A DNA stretch of 64,000 nucleotides, from contig JACRKU010000013.1 of assembly GCA_016215205.1 (NCBI GenBank), forward strand, positions 29,016 through 93,015, in the 5' to 3' direction. Positions 1 to 8,893 of this stretch are shown piece by piece; within the stretch, counting starts at the first letter, position 1; the number at the start of each line of letters is the position of its first letter. A program made the position numbers and the translations under genes. Below the pieces are notes generated by a model. The model saw only the letters and a program-made list of their open reading frames with translations, was not told where the DNA came from and did no database searches. This DNA comes from Candidatus Yonathbacteria bacterium. Its GTDB lineage: Bacteria; Patescibacteriota; Minisyncoccia; Phycocordibacterales; UBA1550.

Positions 1-103
1 AAAACGGCATCACGAAACATCATCGCAAGAGTTTCCTAAAAAATGTTATGAGCTGATCGCAACACTTGATTTTTTGCGGCTCTTTTGTTATACTACCGGA
101 ACT

Positions 104-331
104 ATGGTAATACGAATGAGACACACCCGCGCGCATACGGCAAACCGCCGTTCGCATCACGCGCTCAAAGGCGCGCGCCTTTCAAAGTGCGTAAAGTGCG
201 AGGCGCTTCACCTTCGCCATCAGGTTTGCACCGCTTGCGGGACATACCGCGGAAAACCAGTCCTCAAATTGGTAAAGACAATGGCGAAGACCGAGAAGCG
301 CGTCGGAGCAAAGAGTAAGGCGGTAAAATAA
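104..331 (+). CDS. rpmF: 50S ribosomal protein L32 (bL32)
   Basis: RRSHHAL...CVKCEALHLRHQVCTACGTYRGK matches the L32 zinc-ribbon pattern; start chosen at ATG 104 to match typical L32 length; TATACT -10-like box just upstream. Confidence 0.8.
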   Translation: MVIRMRHTRAHTANRRSHHALKGARLSKCVKCEALHLRHQVCTACGTYRGKPVLKLVKTMAKTEKRVGAKSKAVK

Positions 332-406
332 GCCCCTCCTTCCGTTAATTTTTTTTGCTTTTATGCTTTTACTCGCGTACAATATGAGTATAAGTACTTT
401 TTAAAT

Positions 407-1324
407 ATGGCAAACAGGCACCTTTCACGAAGTATCGTAATGCAGGTTCTCTACGAATGGGATTTTCGCGGAGGTGCTCTTACCGACCTCGAGATAGAGC
501 AGGCTATCGCGCGAAATGCCGAAGAGTTTGCTCCCGGGGTTGGCGACATTTCGTTTATGAGGAAGCTCCTCTTGGGTATACTGGGCAAACGCGCCAAACT
601 CGACGATATTATTGAAAAAGCGGCGCCGGATTGGCCAATTGATAAAATTGCGCTCATCGACCGAAATATTCTTCGCATCGGACTTTACGAACTTCTTTTT
701 GAAGATCGCGCGCAAGTACCCGCAAAGGTTGCTATTAACGAAGCAATCGAACTTGCGAAAACATACGGCGGCGAGACAAGCGGTAAATTTATAAACGGCG
801 TGCTCGGCGCTGTGTACAAAGAGCTCGGCGAGCCGGGAAAAGACGAAACAAGCAAGAAGAAAAATTTGCAAAAAATTTCGCGTGTGCCGGTTGACCCCAA
901 AACCCTTCCGCTCGACAAGCTCGGCGGCGCGGTGGTGTACGCGCGTGACGGCGCGGATGTATATCTCGGTCTCGTGCATGATATTTTTGGGCACTGGACG
1001 CTCTCAAAGGGTCATTATAAAGACGGAGAGGACGATAAAACCGCGATTACGCGCATTGTGATGGAGGAGATTGGTCTTCCCATAACACTCGGAGAAGTCC
1101 TTGGCGAAAATGAATATGTGGCGTCACACCCAGAGAAAGGAAAGATGCGAAAACATGTGAGCTACTTTCTAGCAGAGGCGCCGTATCAAGAGATTAAGCT
1201 TATGAAAAAAGGCGGTCTTGATGATGCGCAGTGGTTCAAGCTCGCAGATATCATCGACCTTAATATGTATGACGATATGCTTCCGGTGATTACGAAGGCG
1301 GTGAATATATTACTCAAGAAATAA
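407..1324 (+). CDS. nusB: NusB antitermination factor fused to a C-terminal NUDIX hydrolase domain
   Basis: N-terminal ~140 aa NusB-like (SIVMQVLYEWDF..., ALIDRNILRIGLYELLF); C-terminal ~150 aa carries a Nudix box GHWTLSKGHYKDGEDDKTAITRIVMEEIGL (GX5EX7REUXEEXGU); single continuous ORF. Confidence 0.75.
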   Translation: MANRHLSRSIVMQVLYEWDFRGGALTDLEIEQAIARNAEEFAPGVGDISFMRKLLLGILGKRAKLDDIIEKAAPDWPIDKIALIDRNILRIGLYELLFEDRAQVPAKVAINEAIELAKTYGGETSGKFINGVLGAVYKELGEPGKDETSKKKNLQKISRVPVDPKTLPLDKLGGAVVYARDGADVYLGLVHDIFGHWTLSKGHYKDGEDDKTAITRIVMEEIGLPITLGEVLGENEYVASHPEKGKMRKHVSYFLAEAPYQEIKLMKKGGLDDAQWFKLADIIDLNMYDDMLPVITKAVNILLKK

Positions 1325-1334
1325 GAACAGTTTT

Positions 1335-2033
1335 ATGGAAAAGTTTAGAGCATTTGAAGAAAAGATTGGCGTGCATTTTAAAGACCGCGCGGTTCTCCGT
1401 GAGGCTTTTACGCATCGCTCATACATAAACGAAACACGCGAGCGCGGGCTTGACCACAACGAGCGTTTGGAGTTTCTGGGCGACGCGGTGGTGGAGCTTG
1501 TCGTAACAAATTTTCTATACAAAAAATATCCTCAAGCAAATGAAGGCGACCTCACAAGCTACCGCGCGGCGCTCGTAAATGCGGTGACGCTCGGCAATCT
1601 TGCTATTGATATGGGGATGGAGGAATATCTGCTCCTTTCAAAGGGCGAAGCGAAGGACAAGGGAACGAAAGCAAGGCAGATTATTCTTGCTAATGCATTT
1701 GAGGCGCTCGTCGGTGCTATTTATCTTGACCTCGGCTACGAAGCAGCGGATAAATTTCTGAAAGACTATCTCCTTGGAAAAACAGAAGAAATCGTGAAGA
1801 AGGAACTCTGGCGCGACGCAAAAAGCTTTTTTCAAGAAGAAGCGCAGGAGCATGTTGGAATCACTCCATCGTACCGCGTTATTAGTGAAGTTGGTCCCGA
1901 CCACGATAAGGATTTCAATGTGGGAGTGTATCTCAATGATGAACTCATTGGTATCGGAACAGGTAAGTCAAAGCAAGACGCCGAACAAGGCGCCGCCGCG
2001 GATGGGTTGAAAAAGAAAGGGTGGAATAAATAA
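1335..2033 (+). CDS. rnc: Ribonuclease III
   Basis: FTHRSYINE...ERLEFLGDAVVELVVTNFLY RNase III signature plus C-terminal dsRBD-like region. Confidence 0.9.
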   Translation: MEKFRAFEEKIGVHFKDRAVLREAFTHRSYINETRERGLDHNERLEFLGDAVVELVVTNFLYKKYPQANEGDLTSYRAALVNAVTLGNLAIDMGMEEYLLLSKGEAKDKGTKARQIILANAFEALVGAIYLDLGYEAADKFLKDYLLGKTEEIVKKELWRDAKSFFQEEAQEHVGITPSYRVISEVGPDHDKDFNVGVYLNDELIGIGTGKSKQDAEQGAAADGLKKKGWNK

Positions 2034-2070
2034 TTTGAAGGTCTATAAAGTCGCAAAGTCGAGAGGTACT

Positions 2071-2106
2071 TGACACATAATATATTATTTGATACGGTTT
2101 ATTTTA
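2071..2106 (+). promoter_or_regulatory. Putative sigma70-like promoter for the small ORF at 2147
   Basis: TTGACA followed ~17 nt later by a TA-rich -10-like hexamer; AGGAGG RBS 8 nt upstream of ATG 2147. Confidence 0.3.
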
Positions 2107-2146
2107 GAGAATTTGTTGTTTAACGTTACAGATAGGAGGTGCTTGT

Positions 2147-2425
2147 ATGTACATGGATTTGGGTACAAGGACTATTCTGGTTTCTAATGTATGCATGATT
2201 CTGCAGATCCAGGGGCTCGCCCTCCTTCTTTTAATGACGCTATTGATACCCATCGCCGTTTGCGCCAGTTTTGTGGGCTTGGATTGCAATTTCTGGGTTT
2301 GCGGCGGTAATAACCGCACTCCTGTGGCCACAGATTCGTATGTCTATGTCGACAGTTCTTTCAGGGTTGTCTGGGGTCGGTATAATGATTTTCTCACTCA
2401 TCAAACTTGTTCCATAGAGCGGTAA
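2147..2425 (+). CDS. Small hypothetical protein (92 aa) with central hydrophobic helix and Cys-rich C-terminal half
   Basis: Strong AGGAGG RBS, own putative promoter, intrinsic terminator immediately downstream; hydrophobic stretch LALLLLMTLLIPIAVCASFVG then C47, C52 and further Cys in the C-terminal half. Confidence 0.4.
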   Translation: MYMDLGTRTILVSNVCMILQIQGLALLLLMTLLIPIAVCASFVGLDCNFWVCGGNNRTPVATDSYVYVDSSFRVVWGRYNDFLTHQTCSIER

Positions 2426-2430
2426 GCCAA

Positions 2431-2470
2431 AAGCTTGAAACCCACAGAGGTTTCAGGCTTTTTCTTTTTG
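2431..2470 (+). terminator. Rho-independent terminator
   Basis: aagcttgaaacc/ggtttcaggctt 12-bp stem (one G.U) followed by TTTTCTTTTT. Confidence 0.7.
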
Positions 2471-2508
2471 TCGCATCGGTAAAGCCATTATGGTAAACTA
2501 TTCCCACA

Positions 2509-4758
2509 ATGCGCGTAAAAAGTTTGGAAATTTCTGGGTTTAAGTCCTTTGCAAAGAAGAGTGTTTTTGAGTTTGGGGCATCGATTTCGGCTATTGTGGG
2601 ACCGAATGGCTCTGGAAAGTCCAACGTCGCTGAAGCGCTTCGTTTCGTGCTCGGCGAGCAGTCGCTCAAGAGTATGCGTGGCAAGCGCACAGAAGACCTC
2701 ATCTTTAACGGCTCGAAAAGCGCCGAACGGCAAAATCGCGCGAAGGTGACGATTACCTTCGACAACAAAGACCGCACATTTCCCGTGGACTTTGACGAGG
2801 TTTCCATTGCGCGCGAAATCCACCGCGACGCCTCCAGTGAATATTTTTTGAATGGGTCTTCGGTACGCTTGAAAGATATTATTGAACTCCTTGCTTCGGT
2901 GCACATCGGCGCATCGGGACACCACATCATTTCGCAGGGCGAAGCGGATAGAATTTTGAATTCGTCGCCAAAGGACCGCCGCGCGATGATAGAAGACGCC
3001 CTCGGACTCAAGATTTACCACTGGAAAATAAACGAGAGTGAAAAGAAACTTTTGAAGACTGAGGAAAATATGCGTCAGTCGGAGTCTCTCCGCCGCGAGA
3101 TTGCGCCGCATATTAAATTTTTGAAAAAGCAGGTGGAGAAAGTCGAGCAGGCTAGAACATTGCGTGATGAACTCGCGCTTCTCTATGGCGATTATTTAAT
3201 TCGTGAGGAAACATACATCAAACACGCTCGTGAGAAGCTTCATGGAGAAAAAGGAAATCTTGAACGCGAACTTCATGAGGCAAATGAGGCGCTTCTCCGC
3301 GCGGATAGTTTGCGCGGCGTGCAGACGAAAGAAAGCGCCGAGGTTTCGGAGCTTGTGCGCGTGCGCTCGGAAATGGGCGCGGTGCGCCGCGAGCGAGATG
3401 ACCTTGGGAGGAAAATCGGTCGTCTCGAGGGAATGATAGAGTATGAAGAGCGCCGTTTGAATGCGCCGGAAGTTGCGCACGAGAAAACCGTTTCTGCAGA
3501 AGAGGCGGAAAATCTCGCGCAAAATCTGTATGACGAGCTCGGTCATGCAGAGGGAAGCGAGGACTATTTGTATATTAAAGGCGTAGTGAGCGCAACGCGT
3601 AACAAGCTCGGTAAATTCCTCGAACACATCAGGGGAAGTGGTGTCCAAAGAGGTCCCCGCGAGGCGGCAATAAAAGTGCTTGAGGATTTGCGCATTGAAC
3701 ATAAAAACCTTTTGGGCGCACAAGAGAACCTTGAGGATTTGATTTCAGGCTTTGAAGAAAAAATGCGCGAGCTTGAAGCAATACTTGAGACAAAGCGCAG
3801 AGATACCACCGATGCAGAACGCGCATCTTTTGAGTTTCGCGCAAAAAAACAAGAACTTACACTACGCATTGGCATAGTACGCGAACACATTGAAAATTTC
3901 ATGCGCGACGAAGTTGCATTTCGTGAAGAACTCCGCGAGGGGGGAATCCTCGTTGGTCGTTCCATTCTCGATTATGTGAATAATCATATTGATATCGAAC
4001 AAGCCCTTTCAGAGTCACGCGCCGAGCAAGAGAGTCGTCGCAAAAAAATTGAGCGCACTAAAATTCGTTTGGAGGATATTATGGGCGGAGGGTCAGGGGA
4101 GGATATTATGCGCGAGTATGAAGAAGCGGTGGAGCGTGATGTGTTTCTCTCGAAAGAACTCGAGGATTTGAAAACAAGCGCGGAGTCTCTCCGTGAATTG
4201 ATGCGCGGACTCGACGAGGAGCTTGGCGCGCAGTTCAAGGACGGTATTAAGAAAATCAATAAGCAGTTTGGAGAATTTTTTGCATTGATGTTTGGCGGTG
4301 GTACTGCATCGCTTGAAGTTGCGTTAGATAAAAAGAGGAAGCGTGGCGATACAGATATCGAAGGACTATTCGAAGGAGAGCCTGACGACGAAGAAGAAAC
4401 AGAAGAGGGAATTGATGTTGCGATTTCTTTGCCGCACAAAAAAATCCGCGGACTGCAAATGCTTTCTGGTGGCGAGCGCGCGCTCACATCTATCGCACTC
4501 ATCTTTGCGGTTTCGCAGGTGAATCCGCCGCCATTTCTTGTACTCGATGAAACTGATGCGGCTCTCGATGAAGCAAACTCTAAAAAGTATGGCGACATGG
4601 TCGCAACGCTCGCAAAATATTCCCAGCTCATCGTCATAACGCACAACCGCGAAACAATGTCCCGAGCAGGAATTATTTACGGCGTGACGATGGGCTCTGA
4701 CGCTATCTCAAAACTCCTCTCTATTAAGTTTGAGGAAGCGGAGCAGTTGGCGAAGTGA
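2509..4758 (+). CDS. smc: SMC-family chromosome condensation ATPase, short hinge-less form (749 aa)
   Basis: N-terminal head with FKSF, Walker A GPNGSGKSN, Q-loop region; long coiled-coil middle; C-terminal head with signature LSGGERALTSIALIFAV, Walker B FLVLDETDAALD, D-loop; no recognisable hinge (no G-rich hinge motif), length ~430 aa shorter than canonical SMC. Confidence 0.8.
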   Translation: MRVKSLEISGFKSFAKKSVFEFGASISAIVGPNGSGKSNVAEALRFVLGEQSLKSMRGKRTEDLIFNGSKSAERQNRAKVTITFDNKDRTFPVDFDEVSIAREIHRDASSEYFLNGSSVRLKDIIELLASVHIGASGHHIISQGEADRILNSSPKDRRAMIEDALGLKIYHWKINESEKKLLKTEENMRQSESLRREIAPHIKFLKKQVEKVEQARTLRDELALLYGDYLIREETYIKHAREKLHGEKGNLERELHEANEALLRADSLRGVQTKESAEVSELVRVRSEMGAVRRERDDLGRKIGRLEGMIEYEERRLNAPEVAHEKTVSAEEAENLAQNLYDELGHAEGSEDYLYIKGVVSATRNKLGKFLEHIRGSGVQRGPREAAIKVLEDLRIEHKNLLGAQENLEDLISGFEEKMRELEAILETKRRDTTDAERASFEFRAKKQELTLRIGIVREHIENFMRDEVAFREELREGGILVGRSILDYVNNHIDIEQALSESRAEQESRRKKIERTKIRLEDIMGGGSGEDIMREYEEAVERDVFLSKELEDLKTSAESLRELMRGLDEELGAQFKDGIKKINKQFGEFFALMFGGGTASLEVALDKKRKRGDTDIEGLFEGEPDDEEETEEGIDVAISLPHKKIRGLQMLSGGERALTSIALIFAVSQVNPPPFLVLDETDAALDEANSKKYGDMVATLAKYSQLIVITHNRETMSRAGIIYGVTMGSDAISKLLSIKFEEAEQLAK

Positions 4759-4831
4759 TTGACTAAGTTTCCATTTATGGTTTACTGTTTACTGGGTTGT
4801 ATCATTGATTAAACATCATAAGGAGCGCGTT

Positions 4832-5137
4832 ATGGCGAAAAAGCTTACTCTTGGAATTGTTTCTGCGAATGGTGAAATTGTACTGAAAGTAGAGAAGATG
4901 GAAGAGAAAGTTCGCCCTTGGCGAAGGATACCTATTCTTCAGGTGTTGCGAGTGCTTATTGGCACTATGACAGCCCTCTCTTTTGGTTCGAGGGTAATTC
5001 TTACGGACGCAAAAATTTGGTCTTCCGCTACGACCATGTGGATGCTCGCGTTCTCCTTTATGTTTTTGTTTTGGCTGGTTGAGTATATTATGCACAATTT
5101 ATTGCGCATAAAATTTGATTTGTATAAAACCGAGTGA
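4832..5137 (+). CDS. Small hypothetical membrane protein (101 aa)
   Basis: AAGGAG RBS before ATG 4832; hydrophobic segments (LIGTMTALSFG, WMLAFSFMFLFWLV); followed by terminator. Confidence 0.45.
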   Translation: MAKKLTLGIVSANGEIVLKVEKMEEKVRPWRRIPILQVLRVLIGTMTALSFGSRVILTDAKIWSSATTMWMLAFSFMFLFWLVEYIMHNLLRIKFDLYKTE

Positions 5138-5142
5138 TTAAA

Positions 5143-5181
5143 ATACCCAGCCTTTCTGGAAAGGCTGGGTATTATCTTTTT
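5143..5181. terminator. Bidirectional rho-independent terminator
   Basis: Perfect 13-bp stem atacccagccttt/aaaggctgggtat with 4-nt loop and T-run; sits between convergent genes (small ORF + and rnr -). Confidence 0.75.
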
Positions 5182-7210
5182 ACTTCACGAGTTCGTAGTC
5201 GATTGATTTGCGTTCTAGATCAACCGCTTTGACGCGGATTTTTAATTTATCTCCAAGAGTAAAACGCTCCCTAGTTTGTTTGCCGACGATGCGGTAATTC
5301 TCTTTTTCAAAAATATAGTAGTCATTGCCGAGGTCGCTGATGCGGATGAGACCTTCGCACTTTGTTTCATCTTCTTCCACAAAGACGCCCCATTCAGCAA
5401 CGCCGGAGATTGTGCCATTGAATTCTTTGCCTACTCGTTCGCTCATATATTCTGCTTGTTTGAATTTTATAGACGCGCGCTCGGCATCGGCGGCGAGTTT
5501 TTCCATTTCGGATGAATGCGCCGCAAGTGAGCGGTACTCGCTCATTTCTTCTTTTGTTACCTTCTCGTCCGCAAGGAAGTGCGCGAGAATGCGGTGCACC
5601 ATTACATCGGGGTAGCGGCGAATCGGCGAAGTAAAATGCGCGTAGTGCTCGTAAGCAAGGCCATAGTGCCCGATGTTTCGCGTCGAGTAGATTGCTTTTG
5701 CCATCGTGCGGATGGTCGCGGTGTTAAGCATTGTTTCTTCGGGCTTACCTTTTATTTGTTCAAGGAACTTATTTATGTCCGCGGACGAAACACGGCCTTC
5801 TTTAAGCGGGAGCTTGTATCCGAGCCCAGTGGCAAATTTTGCGAGTTCCGCGAGGCGCTCTGGTTTTGGTTCATCGTGCACGCGATACACAAAGAGGTCG
5901 CCCTCGTGCTCACCTTTGTTGCCCGTCTTCTCAAGTTTTTCTGAGACATATTCCGCAACTTTTTTATTTGCGAGAAGCATAAACATTTCCACGAGTTTGT
6001 TTGTATCCTGAAACTTTTTCGTGTACACGCGAATTGGCTTTTTGTTTGCATCGAGCTCAAAGCGCACCTCTTCGTGTTCAAATGATATAGCGCCTCCGGC
6101 TTTGTCTTGCACTACTAGTTTTTTTGCGATGATATTGAGGGTGTTGAGTTCGTCATAAAAAAGACCCGATCCGCTGTCTATTACTTCTTGCGCATTTTCA
6201 TATGTAAAACGTTTTGCCGAGTTGATGATTGCGCGCCCGAACCATGCGTTTCTCATCGTCACTTTTGAAGTTGGATTAGTTGCGGTGTCTGGCGCAAAAG
6301 TGAATACTGCCGAGAAAACAAGTTTGTCTTCTTTTTCGTTCAGACTGCAAAGGTCGTTAGAGAGGACCTCTGGGAACATTGGGATAACGCGGTCAACGAG
6401 GTAAATAGATGTCGCACGCTTGCGCGCCTCTTCGTCTATCAGAGCGTGCGGTTTTACATACGCCGATACATCCGCAATATGCACACCGATTTCAATGTCG
6501 CCATTTGGTAGTGTTTGAATAGAAATAGCGTCGTCAAAATCTTTTGCATCTGCGGGGTCGATGGTGAAAGTCGTTACCTTGCGGAAATCCCGACGCTTCT
6601 TTGCTTCTTCGGCAATGAATGCAGGCGCGGTTTTTTTGAGCGTGTCTGCTTCGCGGTGGATTTTCTCCGGGAGCTCCATTTGGAGACCTTTGTCGAGCAC
6701 AATCGCGCGGATTTCTGTTTCGTTGTCGCCGGCATCGCCAAGGACTTCGATAATTTCTGCAGTAGGGTTTTTCTTTGGGTCGGTCCAGTCTGAAAGACGA
6801 ACAAGGGCCTTCTTTCCGCGTAGTTTTTCACCATGTGGTGGGTTGGAGATGAGGAAATCCACATAGATGCGCGTATCTTGAGGAATGAGAAATGTTGCGC
6901 CGTTCTCTTCGTCAATTGTGCCAACAAAATTTACTTTAGCGCGCGCGAGAACCTCCACCACTTCGCCGGTTTGCTGTATGTCACCGATTTTGGCATTAAG
7001 CCTTACCTTTACCCTGTCGCGGGGAAGGGCGGTATTGAGAAAACCCGCCTCAATGCGAATGTCGTTTTCACGCGGACTGTCTTCGCCCACCGAAACAAAA
7101 CCAAAGCCCTTTGCAGTCGTCGTAATGACGCCCTCAACGAAGCTTCTGGTGAGAGTTTTTTCTTTGATCATATTGTTCCCAAGATAGCATAAAACTAACC
7201 CCTTGACCAT
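5180..7210 (-). CDS. rnr: Ribonuclease R / exoribonuclease II family (RNB domain, C-terminal S1)
   Basis: Cold-shock/OB N-terminus, central RNB catalytic region (…HIADVSAYV…, …GAISFE…), C-terminal S1-like (GTISGVAEWGVFVE); alternative start at 7171 (MIKEKTL). Confidence 0.85.
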   Translation of the reverse strand: MVKGLVLCYLGNNMIKEKTLTRSFVEGVITTTAKGFGFVSVGEDSPRENDIRIEAGFLNTALPRDRVKVRLNAKIGDIQQTGEVVEVLARAKVNFVGTIDEENGATFLIPQDTRIYVDFLISNPPHGEKLRGKKALVRLSDWTDPKKNPTAEIIEVLGDAGDNETEIRAIVLDKGLQMELPEKIHREADTLKKTAPAFIAEEAKKRRDFRKVTTFTIDPADAKDFDDAISIQTLPNGDIEIGVHIADVSAYVKPHALIDEEARKRATSIYLVDRVIPMFPEVLSNDLCSLNEKEDKLVFSAVFTFAPDTATNPTSKVTMRNAWFGRAIINSAKRFTYENAQEVIDSGSGLFYDELNTLNIIAKKLVVQDKAGGAISFEHEEVRFELDANKKPIRVYTKKFQDTNKLVEMFMLLANKKVAEYVSEKLEKTGNKGEHEGDLFVYRVHDEPKPERLAELAKFATGLGYKLPLKEGRVSSADINKFLEQIKGKPEETMLNTATIRTMAKAIYSTRNIGHYGLAYEHYAHFTSPIRRYPDVMVHRILAHFLADEKVTKEEMSEYRSLAAHSSEMEKLAADAERASIKFKQAEYMSERVGKEFNGTISGVAEWGVFVEEDETKCEGLIRISDLGNDYYIFEKENYRIVGKQTRERFTLGDKLKIRVKAVDLERKSIDYELVK

Positions 7211-7238
7211 TTAACCCAATTTTGTTAGGATGCTTTTC

Positions 7239-7607
7239 ATGTTAGCAATTCGACTACAGCGCGTTGGCCGCAAAAATGATCCGTCATTTCGCGTCATCGT
7301 GACAGATTCAAAGATGAAAACCAAGACTGGAAACTTCCTTGAAGTTCTCGGTTCGTACAATGCGCGCATGGGCAAGCCGGTTATTAATACCGAGCGCGCA
7401 AAATACTGGATATCTGTAGGCGCAAAAGCGTCCGGTACCGTGCACAACCTCCTTGTAGACTTCAAGGCGGTTTCGGGAAAGAAAATCAATGTTTTGGGTA
7501 AAAAAACTCCCATCGTAAAAGAGGTTCCCGCCGCAGTCGAGATTGCTTCCGGCAAGCCCGCAGAAGAAGTAGTGGAAGCAACGCCAGAAGTTAAACCAGC
7601 TCAGTAA
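7239..7607 (+). CDS. rpsP: 30S ribosomal protein S16 with C-terminal extension
   Basis: MLAIRLQRVGRKNDPSFRVIVTDS...GNFLEVLGSYNA...ERAKYWISVGAKASGTV matches bS16; ~40-aa low-complexity tail. Confidence 0.85.
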   Translation: MLAIRLQRVGRKNDPSFRVIVTDSKMKTKTGNFLEVLGSYNARMGKPVINTERAKYWISVGAKASGTVHNLLVDFKAVSGKKINVLGKKTPIVKEVPAAVEIASGKPAEEVVEATPEVKPAQ

Positions 7608-7617
7608 GTTCAATTAC

Positions 7618-7652
7618 AAAAGCCCCGCCCTTTTCAAAAGGGCGGGGCTTTT
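7618..7652. terminator. Rho-independent terminator (symmetric, bidirectional)
   Basis: aaaagccccgccctttt / aaagggcggggctttt perfect stem with T-runs on both sides. Confidence 0.8.
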
Positions 7653-7656
7653 GTAA

Positions 7657-7686
7657 TTGAAAATTTGTACCACTGCATGGTACAAT
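7657..7686 (+). promoter_or_regulatory. Putative promoter (-35 TTGAAA, -10 TACAAT)
   Basis: TTGAAA at 7657-7662, 18-nt spacer, TACAAT at 7681-7686, ATG at 7696. Confidence 0.35.
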
Positions 7687-7695
7687 ATAAACACG

Positions 7696-8892
7696 ATGGC
7701 ATTTTCTTTTTTTACTAATCGCGGAAATGATGAAACGCTGATCCTCCTTGTTGATATCGGGTCAGCGAGCGTGGGCGGCGCTCTTGTAAAGATTGAAAAA
7801 GGTCGCGCGCCGAATGTTCTTGCAACAGTTCGCAAAGACATCTCATTCCAAGAAGCGCTTTCTTCCGCTCGTTTCTTATCTGCAATGAATCACGCGCTCG
7901 ACCAAGTTTTAAAAACTATCCACCCAAAAACTACCGTCTTAGGTTCTCCCGCGCATATTTTTTGCACGCTTTCGTCCCCTTGGTTTATTTTAAAGACTCG
8001 CCGTTTATTGATTTCACGTCAAGAAGAATTTGAAGTAACCGAACGAGCTCTTGATGAATTTATAAGTGAAGACATCGCGCGTCTGAAAGAAGAACTCAAA
8101 GAAACGCTTCCGCCGAAGGATGTGAAAATCATCGAAAAGAAAATCATTCAGATGAAATTGAATGGATATGAGATCAAAAATCCATACGGCCAAAAAACGT
8201 CACAAATGGAGATTTTGATGACCATCGGGGTTTCGTCCGAAAAGGTTATTGAAAGCATCGAGCGTAAGCTCGGCAATGTTTTTCACGCAAAATCAGTCCA
8301 CTTCGGCGCATTTCCCATTGCCGCATTTAGCGCAGTAAGGGATATTTCCCCAACCGAAAAGAATTTCCTTTTTCTCGACATCACTGGCGAGGCGACCGAT
8401 GTATCACTGGTAAACAATGATCTTTTAATGGGGACGGTGACATTCCCCCATGGAAAAAATTTTTTTATTCGCGAAATTTCTGCGGAGATGCGCACTGTCC
8501 ACTTTGAGGCGGCAACGCTCTTTGCAATGTTTCTCCGTGATGAGTTGGATGACACAAAACGCGCCAGGATTGCGGCTATTATTGCGCGCGCTGAAGACGA
8601 ATGGCTTGCGCGCCTCGAAAAGTCGCTTGGTGCCCTTGCGAAGAACGGTGTATTGCCTCAGAAGGTATTTTTTACAACAGATGCTTTTATCGCTCCACTG
8701 TTTTCTTTGCTCCTCTCTCGCCGAGACCATATCGCAAAGATGGAGCACGGAACGAACGCATCGTTTGAGGCTCAGTATCTCGACCAGCTTATTGTTGAAA
8801 AGTTTGTTTCGTTCAATACGGGAGTTATTAGGGATCCGTTTATGGTCATTGAAGCGCTCCTAGCTTTCAAAATAGTCACGCAACACAAATAA
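7696..8892 (+). CDS. Actin-fold ATPase-like protein (FtsA/PilM/Ppx-GppA superfamily), hypothetical
   Basis: Two phosphate-binding-like motifs LLVDIGSASVGGALV and FLFLDITGEATDVSLV typical of ASKHA/actin-like ATPases; no family-specific motif recognised. Confidence 0.5.
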   Translation: MAFSFFTNRGNDETLILLVDIGSASVGGALVKIEKGRAPNVLATVRKDISFQEALSSARFLSAMNHALDQVLKTIHPKTTVLGSPAHIFCTLSSPWFILKTRRLLISRQEEFEVTERALDEFISEDIARLKEELKETLPPKDVKIIEKKIIQMKLNGYEIKNPYGQKTSQMEILMTIGVSSEKVIESIERKLGNVFHAKSVHFGAFPIAAFSAVRDISPTEKNFLFLDITGEATDVSLVNNDLLMGTVTFPHGKNFFIREISAEMRTVHFEAATLFAMFLRDELDDTKRARIAAIIARAEDEWLARLEKSLGALAKNGVLPQKVFFTTDAFIAPLFSLLLSRRDHIAKMEHGTNASFEAQYLDQLIVEKFVSFNTGVIRDPFMVIEALLAFKIVTQHK

Positions 8893-8893
8893 T

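Noticed and set aside
2394-3111. Minus-strand ORFs (205 and 207 aa) antisense to the SMC head
   Set aside because: They overlap a clearly conserved SMC N-terminal domain and lack RBS and independent signals. Typical antisense shadow ORFs.
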